The notes beneath the pieces were generated by a model. The model ran no database searches. It saw only the letters and a list, made by a program, of their open reading frames with translations, and was not told the DNA's origin. A DNA stretch of 64,000 nt from IMG/VR virus record IMGVR_UViG_2713897279_000003; one strand, written 5' to 3'. The number at the start of each line of letters is the position of its first letter. The stretch's first letter is position 1. A program made the translations under genes and the position numbers. Positions 20,843-30,372 of this stretch are shown here, one piece after another. Origin of the DNA: an uncultured virus (IMG/VR IMGVR_UViG_2713897279_000003) (Duplodnaviria > Heunggongvirae > Uroviricota > Caudoviricetes).

Positions 20843-22046
20843 ATATTACTTCTATTTTTGTAATGGACTTATACTTTGTTCGGTCAATTGGAATCTCAAA
20901 TAACTTCCCGTCTGTATACGTTTCATTTAGAATGCCATCTATTTTATGAATGGCATTTACTTTTACGTCCGAACCAACTTGTGCTAAGAACTCATTCATC
21001 ACGAGCTTTGATTCTGGACTTGCTTGGTCAAACTCAAATGTCTTCTTATCTCCAACTTGTGCGCCACCGTTAAGTACTGCACGAAACTTCAAGAATCTTT
21101 TTTGCGGAAGAGTAGTTGGATTAAAGAATGCATAAGGACTAAATGTAATGCCATCATCAGAAGCACTTACTTCTACTCTTACAGAAGCAGGTGGTTTCCC
21201 ATATGTGCTGCCCAATGTTTGAACTGGCGTTGGAGCAGGTACCAATTGGTTGCCAATGAATTTTAATTTTGTTGGCTCATCTAATGTCGTATAAAAAACA
21301 GTAGAAAGAGTTCCACTATAAGGTCTATTATCCCAGTAATCTAATACATTACTTGCAATCAATCCAGGTGTATTCATGTTTGTTTCAACATACAAGTCAT
21401 TTGACTGTGTTAAGAATATAGTTCCATATCCCGATTTCTTAATAGACTTTACATTGCTTGCGAGTCTTGTAAAAGATCCGGCTGGTGATGTTGATCCGTA
21501 TAATTCACCAGCCTGATTCAGATACCTAAATCCCCTATAGTTACTATTTGCACCAGACGCTGCAACATCTTGCACCGCATCTACTGAATAGAAAGTTGCA
21601 CTAGGAGCTGTACCAAAATTTGCATTTGCAAAATATCCTTTTCCATCCAGTGACTTATAGGCAACAGTATAGTTTTCTAATACAACATAATCTACATTTG
21701 TTGCTACTTGTCTTTTGTAAGATGTACTGCCAATGTTAGCCAACCAAAGTGTGTTGTCATTCTTTACGTAAGCTAACATTTGATCTTCAGCTGAATCGGC
21801 TTGCTTTACATCTGTATCCATAAGCACTAATGTGCTTCCTCGCCAAACATATAAGCTACCACTCATTGAAATGTATCCGTCACAAGCGTTATCATAATCC
21901 TCATTACTAATAACAGCTTGCTTTACATTTGTTGCTACTTTTGTCCAACTACTATTTGAAAAGCGGTGTGTAGTGCTGTCACCTGTGCTTCCAGTTATTG
22001 CATACATATCATTGTTTACATCTACGTATCCAAATACACATGACAT
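20841..22046 (-). CDS. RCC1/BLIP-II-like beta-propeller repeat protein with conserved C-terminal module
   Basis: Repeats VATNVKQA, YVKNDNTLW, LASNVKSI, FLTQSNDLY, IASNVLDY. C-terminal SDDGITFSPY...LPQKRFLKFRA. Paralog of 32678..33904. Confidence 0.75.
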   Translation of the reverse strand: MSCVFGYVDVNNDMYAITGSTGDSTTHRFSNSSWTKVATNVKQAVISNEDYDNACDGYISMSGSLYVWRGSTLVLMDTDVKQADSAEDQMLAYVKNDNTLWLANIGSTSYKRQVATNVDYVVLENYTVAYKSLDGKGYFANANFGTAPSATFYSVDAVQDVAASGANSNYRGFRYLNQAGELYGSTSPAGSFTRLASNVKSIKKSGYGTIFLTQSNDLYVETNMNTPGLIASNVLDYWDNRPYSGTLSTVFYTTLDEPTKLKFIGNQLVPAPTPVQTLGSTYGKPPASVRVEVSASDDGITFSPYAFFNPTTLPQKRFLKFRAVLNGGAQVGDKKTFEFDQASPESKLVMNEFLAQVGSDVKVNAIHKIDGILNETYTDGKLFEIPIDRTKYKSITKIEVI

Positions 22047-22061
22047 AATATCTCTCCTTTC

Positions 22062-22399
22062 TTATCCGAATTTAACAGTAATGCCTGTTACTTTTTGCAT
22101 GCCGCTTCCTAAGTCAACGCCTTCTGATTCCCATGTACCAGAACCTACAAATGCTTGTGGTCCAATTTGTCGAAGCTGAATATTTCCTTCTTTAAATTCC
22201 GCATCATCAAACATGCCCTTGGTTAAATCAACATCATAAAGCTCTTTAACTTGTAAGTTAGATATTTGAGCTTCTATCCAATCTAACCTCTCATCAACAG
22301 AGTCAAATCGACCTTCTGCTCCCTTTCCTACTATCATTTCATTAAGCTGTTTAATTTCCTGAGCCACTTACTTGCCTTACTGAAAGAAATAATCTCCAT
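22062..22399 (-). pseudogene. Frameshifted paralog of 34977..35318 (or sequencing error)
   Basis: ATG 22399 with GGAGGTG RBS gives MEIISFSKAS. AGT-AA-GTG then lacks one A relative to the paralog (AGT AAA GTC), and this frame stops at TGA 22334-22336. The remainder (22062..22367) is intact in another frame. Confidence 0.75.
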
Positions 22400-22410
22400 T
22401 GTATCACCTC

Positions 22411-23187
22411 CTATAGCACAATCACTGTAACAGATGTACCAACAGATTCATTTTTACTTGTATCCACTGATTTAAGTGTAAATGTATGTTCTCCATTTGA
22501 AATGCCATTCAATACAATGGATGCACGTTTTGTGGTATCTAGTGGCGTCTTAATATTATCTATATAAACATTAATCTTATCTAAGTCAGCATCTGTAGAA
22601 TTCACCCACTCCAGATTTACAACGCCTTGAGATGGAGAACTACCAACTAACCCTTTTATATCTGCAGGTGCCGTTACGTCCACCTCTGTTCTAGTTTTAA
22701 TACCCGTGATATTTCCTTTAGGATCATAAGAATAAGTTTTTGTTACAGTAACTTTTTGTCCTTTATTATTTGCAAATGTTTGAACTGATTTACTTAGCTC
22801 ACCCGATGCTAAATCTCGATAAGAATACTCTACTATCATTTCTTTATCGCCTGTTGTAGTATGACGTATAATATTTCCATATTGCTCATCATACTCAAAT
22901 TTTTCATCATAGTTTCCAGAGTCTGTAGTGCCTTTCAAAATTGCAGATTCTAAATCTCGTTTTAGATTCTCAATGCGCTGTATTGTTAATATACCACCAT
23001 TCTCATAACCTCGAATCAAGTCATCAATAACAGCTTTTGTATTTGTATCAAACAAATCACTATTAATGTGTATAAAACGATCATAAACCGTATCATATAT
23101 CCCTTTTAATTTAATAATGTCATCAATAATTTCGATTAAACTATCTTCTAAATCATACTTTTGTATCTTTGTTGAAATTCTATTCAT
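22411..23187 (-). CDS. First gene of block B: helical N-terminus, YD-like beta hairpins, Fn3 domain
   Basis: EKFEYDEQYGNII, KTYSYDPKGNITG, LEWVNSTDADL...FTLKSVDTSKNES. Near-identical to 35330..36106 (both 258 aa). Confidence 0.85.
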   Translation of the reverse strand: MNRISTKIQKYDLEDSLIEIIDDIIKLKGIYDTVYDRFIHINSDLFDTNTKAVIDDLIRGYENGGILTIQRIENLKRDLESAILKGTTDSGNYDEKFEYDEQYGNIIRHTTTGDKEMIVEYSYRDLASGELSKSVQTFANNKGQKVTVTKTYSYDPKGNITGIKTRTEVDVTAPADIKGLVGSSPSQGVVNLEWVNSTDADLDKINVYIDNIKTPLDTTKRASIVLNGISNGEHTFTLKSVDTSKNESVGTSVTVIVL

Positions 23188-23229
23188 AATCGTGCCTCCT
23201 CTTTTATTTTTACTAAATTTTTATGGATT

Positions 23230-23364
23230 TCACATGAAATCCAGTTGTTTAAAGATAAATCAAAATGATCTTTATATATTGATAAATTCTTCATTTATCC
23301 CAAATTTTAGATTCTCTTCTCTCCTTACATCATCTCATACAAATGAAATACGTTCTCTATCTAT
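23230..23364 (-). pseudogene. Decayed remnant of the 8309..8755 paralog
   Basis: ATA GAT AGA GAA CGT ATT TCA TTT GTA TGA GAT GAT GTA versus ATG GCT AGA GAA CGT ATT TCA TTT GTA TCA GAT GAT GTA. The start codon is lost, there is a nonsense codon at 23335-23337 and the RBS is eroded. The 3' limit is approximate. Confidence 0.85.
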
Positions 23365-23383
23365 ATTAAATCTTTCTTTTGTT

Positions 23384-24463
23384 TTATATCCATGTTAGTG
23401 AATAATTTTGTAAAATTACATTTGGCGGTAACTCTATTTTAAATTTTAAATTACTTCCTTTAGGATGAATTTTATCATCAAAAAAGAATAGCTCTTCTGG
23501 AATAATCTGAACCCATGTGTCCCCATTATCACGAGAAATGTAATAGTTTGCTGACTCAACATTAAGGTTATCACTGCCCATTGTCACTTCATAAATATTA
23601 GGAAATCCATTCAATAAGAGTTCTGTGCAGTATATCCTATAGTATAAAAAGCTTTTATTATTCACAAAAGAAAATTCTTTCTTTTCATTTTCGTTAAATT
23701 TTTGATTTAGCACAGTATGTAAATTCTCATAAACTTCTCCATCATTACTCCCTTGAAGTATCCAACTCTGCGGATGTGCTACAGTTGCGCTGCTTCCCAC
23801 AAAAATAGAATACTTGTTGATATTGGTTTTATTTTCGAATTTATACCCAATCCAACAAGGAGGGCCACCTACATTATTTCCACCCCAAGAATTGCTAAGG
23901 TTTTTATCAAATACAAAATATGCTAATCTTGAGACTGTATCAGAGATCTCTTGCGGATTACTAGCAAACGCTTCTCCATACGGAGTTTTATTGGAAGTCA
24001 TAGCTGGGATTAGATTATCAGATATTCCCTTATTTTTTTGTAAATTAGTAATCAATATGACCTGAGAAGGTGCATGACTTAATGTTTCGGTTATTGTTTC
24101 AATAACACTTTCTCCAGTTGTTGCAAGTGTTCCGTTCTGAGCATCATGCACATAACCTGTACTCTTTTCAACATCAATGCCACTTAAATCTAAAAGATCA
24201 TCGAAAATCATATTCTGCATATTATATTTTGTTGTTTTAGCAATGCTATTTAATTTAGCATGTGCCTTCATAATGTTTACAGCATCATGAACAATAAGCT
24301 TATTTGCTCTTAATGATAACCCTTCTAAATACTTTTCCAAATTATCAATACGCTCTTTTACGTCTATAAAATTACCTTCTACTCCAGAAGATAATGTTTG
24401 ATTACGTAAGCTGGATTCTGCATCTTTGGTTTTATTCGCAATACCATAACTAATAGTATCCAT
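23384..24463 (-). CDS. Appendage scaffold protein with one discoidin-like insert
   Basis: MDTISYGIANK N-terminus as in 8775..10397. LIPAMTSN...WIGYKF...LQGSNDGEVY...YYRIY. Confidence 0.85.
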   Translation of the reverse strand: MDTISYGIANKTKDAESSLRNQTLSSGVEGNFIDVKERIDNLEKYLEGLSLRANKLIVHDAVNIMKAHAKLNSIAKTTKYNMQNMIFDDLLDLSGIDVEKSTGYVHDAQNGTLATTGESVIETITETLSHAPSQVILITNLQKNKGISDNLIPAMTSNKTPYGEAFASNPQEISDTVSRLAYFVFDKNLSNSWGGNNVGGPPCWIGYKFENKTNINKYSIFVGSSATVAHPQSWILQGSNDGEVYENLHTVLNQKFNENEKKEFSFVNNKSFLYYRIYCTELLLNGFPNIYEVTMGSDNLNVESANYYISRDNGDTWVQIIPEELFFFDDKIHPKGSNLKFKIELPPNVILQNYSLTWI

Positions 24464-24478
24464 TTCGCACCGTCCTTT

Positions 24479-25897
24479 CTATAACCATGAATATGAAATT
24501 GCATGAAGCTCTTTTCCATTTTTTAGAACGATCTTAACAAGCAATTCTTTGCCCTCTGGAAGTTTATCTAAATTAACAAGCTTATCTTTTTCAATCCTCA
24601 TCCATGATTCATTATTACGAGATACATAATATTCTAGGTTGTCTTCTGCATTCTCTTCAGTAACTGATGATAATAAAAACAAGGTAGGAATAGTCTCTAC
24701 AGACTCAACAGTTGTAATCAGTATAGCTGCCTGTGTCTTGTCCTTTGGCGTTAATTTATGGTTTTGTTGATCATGAAAAATATTCTTTGAATTTATTAAA
24801 TCAATGCCAGAGCTATCACCAAAATCATCAATAATCATATCTTTCATGTTATAGCGCTTTTTATCTAAAAGAGAATTTACTCTTAAATTATGCTTATTGA
24901 GATTTATATGGATACTCGTTTCTAAGTCTGATACACGGTTAGGCGATGGGCGATTCTGATAAGAGATTGCCACATTATTAAACTTATACGCTTCATCAAG
25001 AACAGTGACTTGTATTTGTAAGTTCTTTGAAAACTTACTTACTATTTCAAAACTATTTCCTACATCAATAAAATCATCTGTTGTTTTCACAGATACTTTT
25101 ACTTTATCTCTTGGCAAATCAACTGTTTCATCATGGGTTAGATAAAACTCTAGCTCATCAATGTTAACCGGATAACTACCTTCTTCTTGATATCCATTTG
25201 TTTCTGAAACATTAAGTCCATATTGCTTGTATGGCGTGTTGTTTTGAAAGAAAAATGTTCGCTCTTCATATTCATTCCAGTTTACTTGGTCAGTTTGTTT
25301 ATCAAGAACAACCCAATTCCCATCATCTGTCAAGCCTAAAAATGTCCAATTCTTAGGTGACTGATTAATATATTTAACTCTGCCTCTAGCTCTTATTTTG
25401 TAGCTGTTTACAACTTTTGCTGTTGGCCAAAAATATGTTAATATTTGAGGAAGAGCTGCACCGTCTGCACTTTGCCACCCTAATCCATCATTTTGTTGAC
25501 CATCAAACGCTTTAGAAGGAGGGTATATTTCAGAACCCCCAGCATTTCTATATGAACTCGCATTAGCTGCTCCTTCCTTGGCTAAGTTTTCACCAGATAT
25601 TGTACGTACACCTTTTACTTTTATTAATTTCAATTCAAGTGCGTCTTCTTCTAAATGAATAATATTAGAAGTCCAAACATCATTAGTGATGCTACCTTCT
25701 TGAGTTGAAACAACCTTTACTTTATCAATTAATCCTTGTCGTTTCTTTTCTAATGCATCTAGACGAGCTTTAACAGTAGCAAAAGTTCCTTTTACATCTT
25801 TATCTCCATTTTTGTAGTCACCTACACCTAGGCGCTTATTCAGTGAATCTAGATTCTTCCTTCCTTGCATTGCTTTAGAATAACTTACGATATCCAT
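24479..25897 (-). CDS. Appendage scaffold protein with one F5/8 type C-like insert
   Basis: ENLAKEGAANASS...PSKAFDG...SPKNWTFLG...IDELEFY. Scaffold segments are shared with 10413..12404. Confidence 0.85.
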   Translation of the reverse strand: MDIVSYSKAMQGRKNLDSLNKRLGVGDYKNGDKDVKGTFATVKARLDALEKKRQGLIDKVKVVSTQEGSITNDVWTSNIIHLEEDALELKLIKVKGVRTISGENLAKEGAANASSYRNAGGSEIYPPSKAFDGQQNDGLGWQSADGAALPQILTYFWPTAKVVNSYKIRARGRVKYINQSPKNWTFLGLTDDGNWVVLDKQTDQVNWNEYEERTFFFQNNTPYKQYGLNVSETNGYQEEGSYPVNIDELEFYLTHDETVDLPRDKVKVSVKTTDDFIDVGNSFEIVSKFSKNLQIQVTVLDEAYKFNNVAISYQNRPSPNRVSDLETSIHINLNKHNLRVNSLLDKKRYNMKDMIIDDFGDSSGIDLINSKNIFHDQQNHKLTPKDKTQAAILITTVESVETIPTLFLLSSVTEENAEDNLEYYVSRNNESWMRIEKDKLVNLDKLPEGKELLVKIVLKNGKELHAISYSWL

Positions 25898-25918
25898 TGT
25901 TTCACTCCTTTCTTTCCA

Positions 25919-26977
25919 TTAAGCCCATGCATAAGCGATTGCTGTTAAAGTTGCTGAATCTGTTGGCAAATTAATGCGGATTTTAAGTTGCTTACCAGAT
26001 TGTTTTGAGACATCTATTACATCCCCTGATTGAAAGGCATTCCAAGTACTTCCGTTATCTAAAGAATACTGAAATGTACATTCTTGATGATCTGCTGTTA
26101 TGACAAGTGTTTTGCGATATGCTGGTAACTCTTCTGTATCCGTTTCTATCATACCAGTTCCACGATATAATTTATCTTCTGAATTATAGAGATAATGCTG
26201 TGAAATGCTTGCTGTAAATTGTTTTTCCGTTTCTGTATAAACTAATATCTTAGAATTACTCGGGAGTGCTTTCCATTGTTCCTCTGTAATGTTATTTAAT
26301 GAGGACATACCATGATCTTTAAACATTTCGTATGTGACTGGTGCCGTGCCTACATCTTCCCATGTGCTATTAATTTTTTTGATTATATTTTCAGATTGAA
26401 TGAGAAACATTTGGATATTCGGTATTTTCACGTCATTATATAATCCGACTGGATCATTTGATACATCTGCGAATCTAGAATCAATATTATTAATCTTGAA
26501 CCCTGTTATTCCAAGTTCAGTGAATCTAACTTCGCCACTTCCTGACCCAATACTAACTCCCCCGTTATCTTTAAAGTAATAGCGAATACCATTACAAAAT
26601 ATCCAACAGTCAATAGGACCATAAATCATTCTAACTTTGTCCTCATTGTTGTTTTCTACTCGTTTCCATTGATTTGTATCTGTATCACGGTATTCGACAT
26701 AGGTAATAAAATCCTCCTTCCCAAGACCCTCATCAGGCAATCCATATGGTTTAATTTTTGTAATAAGAACCGGAAAATCAAATTCAATTCCCATCCAAGC
26801 AGAATTGGTTCCTTTCTCAAACCAAAAAGAACGATCAGAATTACTTTTGTTTCCATCATTTAATGAAGCTGAATCATAACTATTACTTGTACTCCAAGGT
26901 GCTGATGATTTTGCTACGCCTATTGTTTGCAAATTATCATCATATATTTCCTTGTCATTAAAATCAATACGTGACAT
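25919..26977 (-). CDS. Appendage protein: galactose-binding/discoidin-like N-domain plus conserved C-terminal scaffold module
   Basis: SLNDGNKS...AWMGIEFDFPVLITKI. C-terminus ...YSLDNGSTW...AIAYAWA as in 12426..13883. Confidence 0.8.
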   Translation of the reverse strand: MSRIDFNDKEIYDDNLQTIGVAKSSAPWSTSNSYDSASLNDGNKSNSDRSFWFEKGTNSAWMGIEFDFPVLITKIKPYGLPDEGLGKEDFITYVEYRDTDTNQWKRVENNNEDKVRMIYGPIDCWIFCNGIRYYFKDNGGVSIGSGSGEVRFTELGITGFKINNIDSRFADVSNDPVGLYNDVKIPNIQMFLIQSENIIKKINSTWEDVGTAPVTYEMFKDHGMSSLNNITEEQWKALPSNSKILVYTETEKQFTASISQHYLYNSEDKLYRGTGMIETDTEELPAYRKTLVITADHQECTFQYSLDNGSTWNAFQSGDVIDVSKQSGKQLKIRINLPTDSATLTAIAYAWA

Positions 26978-27820
26978 TTATTTCACCTCTACTTTCTTTA
27001 TATTTGTTATCGATGCAAGATTTAATTCAGATACCTTACCTGAACCTAAATCCACAGTATTCGAGAAAGATAATTCTTGTTTTAATTCCCCTGCACCTGA
27101 AGAAGCAATAATTTTCATACTATCAGATTCACATGTATCTATTACCATATCATGCATTTTATATTTTTCTGATTTAAGTAATGCATTACTTTTAAAGTTG
27201 AGTTTCGCCATATTAATTGCATTGATTCGCTCTAGCTCTTTTAAACGTCCCTCAATCGTTAAGCTGTTTGTTTCAATCTTGATACTATGTAATTTAGGTG
27301 AGTTACTTACAACTGGCACTGTCTCATATGCTAATTTATCAATTAATAGCGTATCTGTAACTGCATGTAAGTCTAAATAATATGTTAATCGTAATTTCAT
27401 TCCAGATAAAAAAGGCTTCCATACTTCCTGTGTAACGCCATTAAATGTAGCAATATCCATACCCTTTGACTTTACATCATCTAAATCACTTATATCAACA
27501 GGATGCCAAGATACACCATTAAATGCTTTCCATGTTGTACCACTGTCATTAGATGCAATTATCTTGAGGACACTTTCATTTTGTACAGTTCCCATTAATG
27601 TAAAGGACTTAATAGGCTTCTCAAATATCATATCTGTTTCTTGCATAATTAATTGTCGCTTTGGTATAGCAGTTACATTTACAGACGCACTATTAATGCT
27701 TGTATCTTTTGTGAGAACTAGTATTTTAATATTATCTGATTCTAATTGATTCCATGCTGATTCAGGAATTACACTCAAATCTGTCATACCATGTTGCTTA
27801 AATTCATCTACTGTGGGCAT
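26978..27820 (-). CDS. Appendage scaffold ('socket') protein with coiled-coil segment
   Basis: Near-identical to the C-terminal 280 aa of 13884..15524. GGAGGA spacing favours ATG 27820 over 27826. Confidence 0.85.
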   Translation of the reverse strand: MPTVDEFKQHGMTDLSVIPESAWNQLESDNIKILVLTKDTSINSASVNVTAIPKRQLIMQETDMIFEKPIKSFTLMGTVQNESVLKIIASNDSGTTWKAFNGVSWHPVDISDLDDVKSKGMDIATFNGVTQEVWKPFLSGMKLRLTYYLDLHAVTDTLLIDKLAYETVPVVSNSPKLHSIKIETNSLTIEGRLKELERINAINMAKLNFKSNALLKSEKYKMHDMVIDTCESDSMKIIASSGAGELKQELSFSNTVDLGSGKVSELNLASITNIKKVEVK

Positions 27821-27832
27821 ATTCATTCCTCC

Positions 27833-29125
27833 CTATATGGTTTGCCATGTGTTATTTTTATATGTTTTTATTATATCACCATCTTGAATAAGTAATAATT
27901 GTTTTCGTACAGTAAAGACTGCGCTCTCTTGATATGCAGATGCAGCTGTTTTATCATCTACTGCTCTTACTCTTATTTTAGCATTTGTAATATTTAATCC
28001 ATCGGGAAGCTTATATTCAACTGATACATCTGTTGTCTTTGAAGCAATAGGCATCCAAGAAGAGCCGTTGTAGAAATCTACATCGTATATAATTGCATCC
28101 CCCTCTGGATCCGTAGATGCATCCCACGATACTGTAATGGTTTCACCTGTTAGGTATACACTATTTGTGCTTGCGGTTACCTTTAGGTTTGTTGGCACTG
28201 TTGGCGGAAGACTAGCAAGCTGAGTCAATTGAATCGTAACATAACCATCTCCTGCATTATATCCTTTCATTGTAAATGCTGTAACTCTATCCGTATTTGC
28301 AGCTGAGCCACCGCCACCGCCGCCATATGAATTTTCACGTCCAGCAGCACCACCGGAATAACCACCACCACCTCCGCCGCCAAAATAACCATTACCAGCA
28401 CCGCCACCAAATCCACCTATTGCACCCTGACTTTGCGCAGATGAGTATGATAATCCTCCTTCTCCTCCTTTACGGAAAGCTCGCCCGCCTTGAGTATAGT
28501 TTCTTGAGTTCAATGCTGTTTCCCAACTTACTATAATATTATCTGTACCATACGAAACAGATTCTCCATCTCCATAGAATCCACCACCACCACCGCCAGG
28601 ACAGGAAGCAGCAGGTGCAGCTCTTCCTCCATTTCCATTAGTTCCACCAACTGGTGCAGAAGAATTTGGACCAAGTGTTCCTGATAATCCATTTGATGCA
28701 GTTGCTCCATTTCCAGTTCCACCAGAACCAGAACCAGCGCCACCACCACCACCGGCAACAATAATCATCTCAGATGAAGATAACAGTGACCCGATTGCAG
28801 TAAAGCTACCGCCACCGCCGCCACCACCATATGTATAACCCTTTCCTTGTTGGCCAACTAAAATTTGAACAACTTCATCTTTTTTCAAGGCTACTGTTCC
28901 AGTCATGATTATACCTTGTCCACCAATCCCTCTTCCATCTCCACTTCCTCCTTTTGCTCCTGCTACCGTAAAATTATATTTCCCTGAGATCGGAACAACC
29001 CATTTCATAATTGTTCCTGAACGACCAGTAGATGTTGGATTAAATTGTAGAATATCATTTAATGCCAATGACTCTGGATACTTTGTAACACCTGAATATG
29101 CACTATTAACCTGATGCGTTACCAT
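27833..29125 (-). CDS. Glycine-rich receptor-binding-like protein with Fn3 domain
   Basis: GAKGG, IIVAGGGGG, GGFGGGAG, GDGYVTI. The Fn3 domain is nearly identical to that of 15542..16816. Confidence 0.85.
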   Translation of the reverse strand: MVTHQVNSAYSGVTKYPESLALNDILQFNPTSTGRSGTIMKWVVPISGKYNFTVAGAKGGSGDGRGIGGQGIIMTGTVALKKDEVVQILVGQQGKGYTYGGGGGGGSFTAIGSLLSSSEMIIVAGGGGGAGSGSGGTGNGATASNGLSGTLGPNSSAPVGGTNGNGGRAAPAASCPGGGGGGFYGDGESVSYGTDNIIVSWETALNSRNYTQGGRAFRKGGEGGLSYSSAQSQGAIGGFGGGAGNGYFGGGGGGGYSGGAAGRENSYGGGGGGSAANTDRVTAFTMKGYNAGDGYVTIQLTQLASLPPTVPTNLKVTASTNSVYLTGETITVSWDASTDPEGDAIIYDVDFYNGSSWMPIASKTTDVSVEYKLPDGLNITNAKIRVRAVDDKTAASAYQESAVFTVRKQLLLIQDGDIIKTYKNNTWQTI

Positions 29126-29139
29126 ATAGTTTCCTCCCT

Positions 29140-30357
29140 TTAAATAGATTCCCAGTTTCCATCTTTATAAGTCTTTCTTATCTCTCCATCTTTAATTACA
29201 TATAACTGTTTTGCTACTGTAAATACATTACTCAACGAATATTCAGATGCTCCATTTTCACTGTCAGTTGCACGTACTCGTAGTTGTGCTTTATCTGTTG
29301 CAACAGATGGAATAATGCAATCATAATTTGTATCTATAATATTTTTTGCAATACTTGCCCATGTAGAGCCATTATAGAAATCTATTTCATATGCAATAGA
29401 ATTCCCCTCTGGATCAGTTGATGCAGTCCATTCTAATGGAACAATCTCATTAGACAGATTCATACTTTTAGAGATTGGCTGTTTTGTAAGTGATGGTTCT
29501 GTTGGTGGTTCATTTGCAGAGCCGACAAATGTAATTTCAATTCTTCCGTGACCACTATTTACACCTGGAGCATTATCCTGTTTACTTCCTGCGTTATAAG
29601 AGCCACCACCTCCCGCTGGAAAAGCCGCTGCATTTCCGCCACCAGTACCACCAGTATAACCACCTCCCCCACCGCCAGCAGAGAAACCACCGCCTCCTCC
29701 ACCGCCAAATCCACCTACAGTTATACCTTTTCCTTCAGTCCAAGATATTCCGCCTTGTCCACCAGAAACAAAGGAGTATCCATTCTTTCCTCCATATGCT
29801 GTTGAACTTGTGCCATCACTATAATATCCTCCTGCTCCCCCGGCACCAGTACCACCACCTGCATTTCCTCCTTGACCTTCTCCCCTTGATGATGGCCCGC
29901 TAGGAACAACACTGGCTAATTTTGTTATTTCACCTTGATACCCTGGCTTTGGATTGTTTGCACTATATTGAGTAACCCCTCCTCCTCCACCAGCAATTAA
30001 AAATGGAGTAGTTGTACCCAAAGAAATAAATGTGCCTCCTCCACCGCCGCCTTGATAGTAGTTATAAGTGTCTAATTCATAAGAGCCCATTTGGCCTATT
30101 AACAACCTAAATACTTGATCTTTTTTTAGAGTGAATTCGCCTTTCATTCTTGCTCCTTTTCCTCCGTACTGCAACTCACCTCCTTGTGCGCCCCACGCTT
30201 CCATTACATATATGCCATCATATGGGACTTTCCACTGAAGGATAGTTCCATTCTTACCAGTACTAGTATTATTAAAAATCATTTTATCTCCACGCTTTAA
30301 GTTAGTTGGAAATGCTGATGTTGCACTACCTGGTTGATTTATTGTATAAGTTGCCAT
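29140..30357 (-). CDS. Glycine-rich receptor-binding-like protein with Fn3 domain
   Basis: WGAQGG, GGKGARMKGEF, FLIAGGGGG, GGGGSYN, GHGRIEIT. Confidence 0.85.
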   Translation of the reverse strand: MATYTINQPGSATSAFPTNLKRGDKMIFNNTSTGKNGTILQWKVPYDGIYVMEAWGAQGGELQYGGKGARMKGEFTLKKDQVFRLLIGQMGSYELDTYNYYQGGGGGGTFISLGTTTPFLIAGGGGGVTQYSANNPKPGYQGEITKLASVVPSGPSSRGEGQGGNAGGGTGAGGAGGYYSDGTSSTAYGGKNGYSFVSGGQGGISWTEGKGITVGGFGGGGGGGFSAGGGGGGYTGGTGGGNAAAFPAGGGGSYNAGSKQDNAPGVNSGHGRIEITFVGSANEPPTEPSLTKQPISKSMNLSNEIVPLEWTASTDPEGNSIAYEIDFYNGSTWASIAKNIIDTNYDCIIPSVATDKAQLRVRATDSENGASEYSLSNVFTVAKQLYVIKDGEIRKTYKDGNWESI

Positions 30358-30372
30358 TGCATCTTCTCCTTT

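Larger units (their letters stand above)
8309..23227 (-). repeat. Block B of the tandemly duplicated appendage cassette
   Basis: Gene-by-gene collinear with 23230..36145, with near-identical DNA in scaffold segments. Confidence 0.9.

Noticed and set aside
14978..29912. Short alternative-frame minus-strand ORFs inside genes (14978, 17152, 19272, 26656, 28531, 29721)
   Set aside because: Mostly Val/Ala/Glu/Met-rich by-products of GGN repeats in a shifted frame, with no independent evidence of translation.
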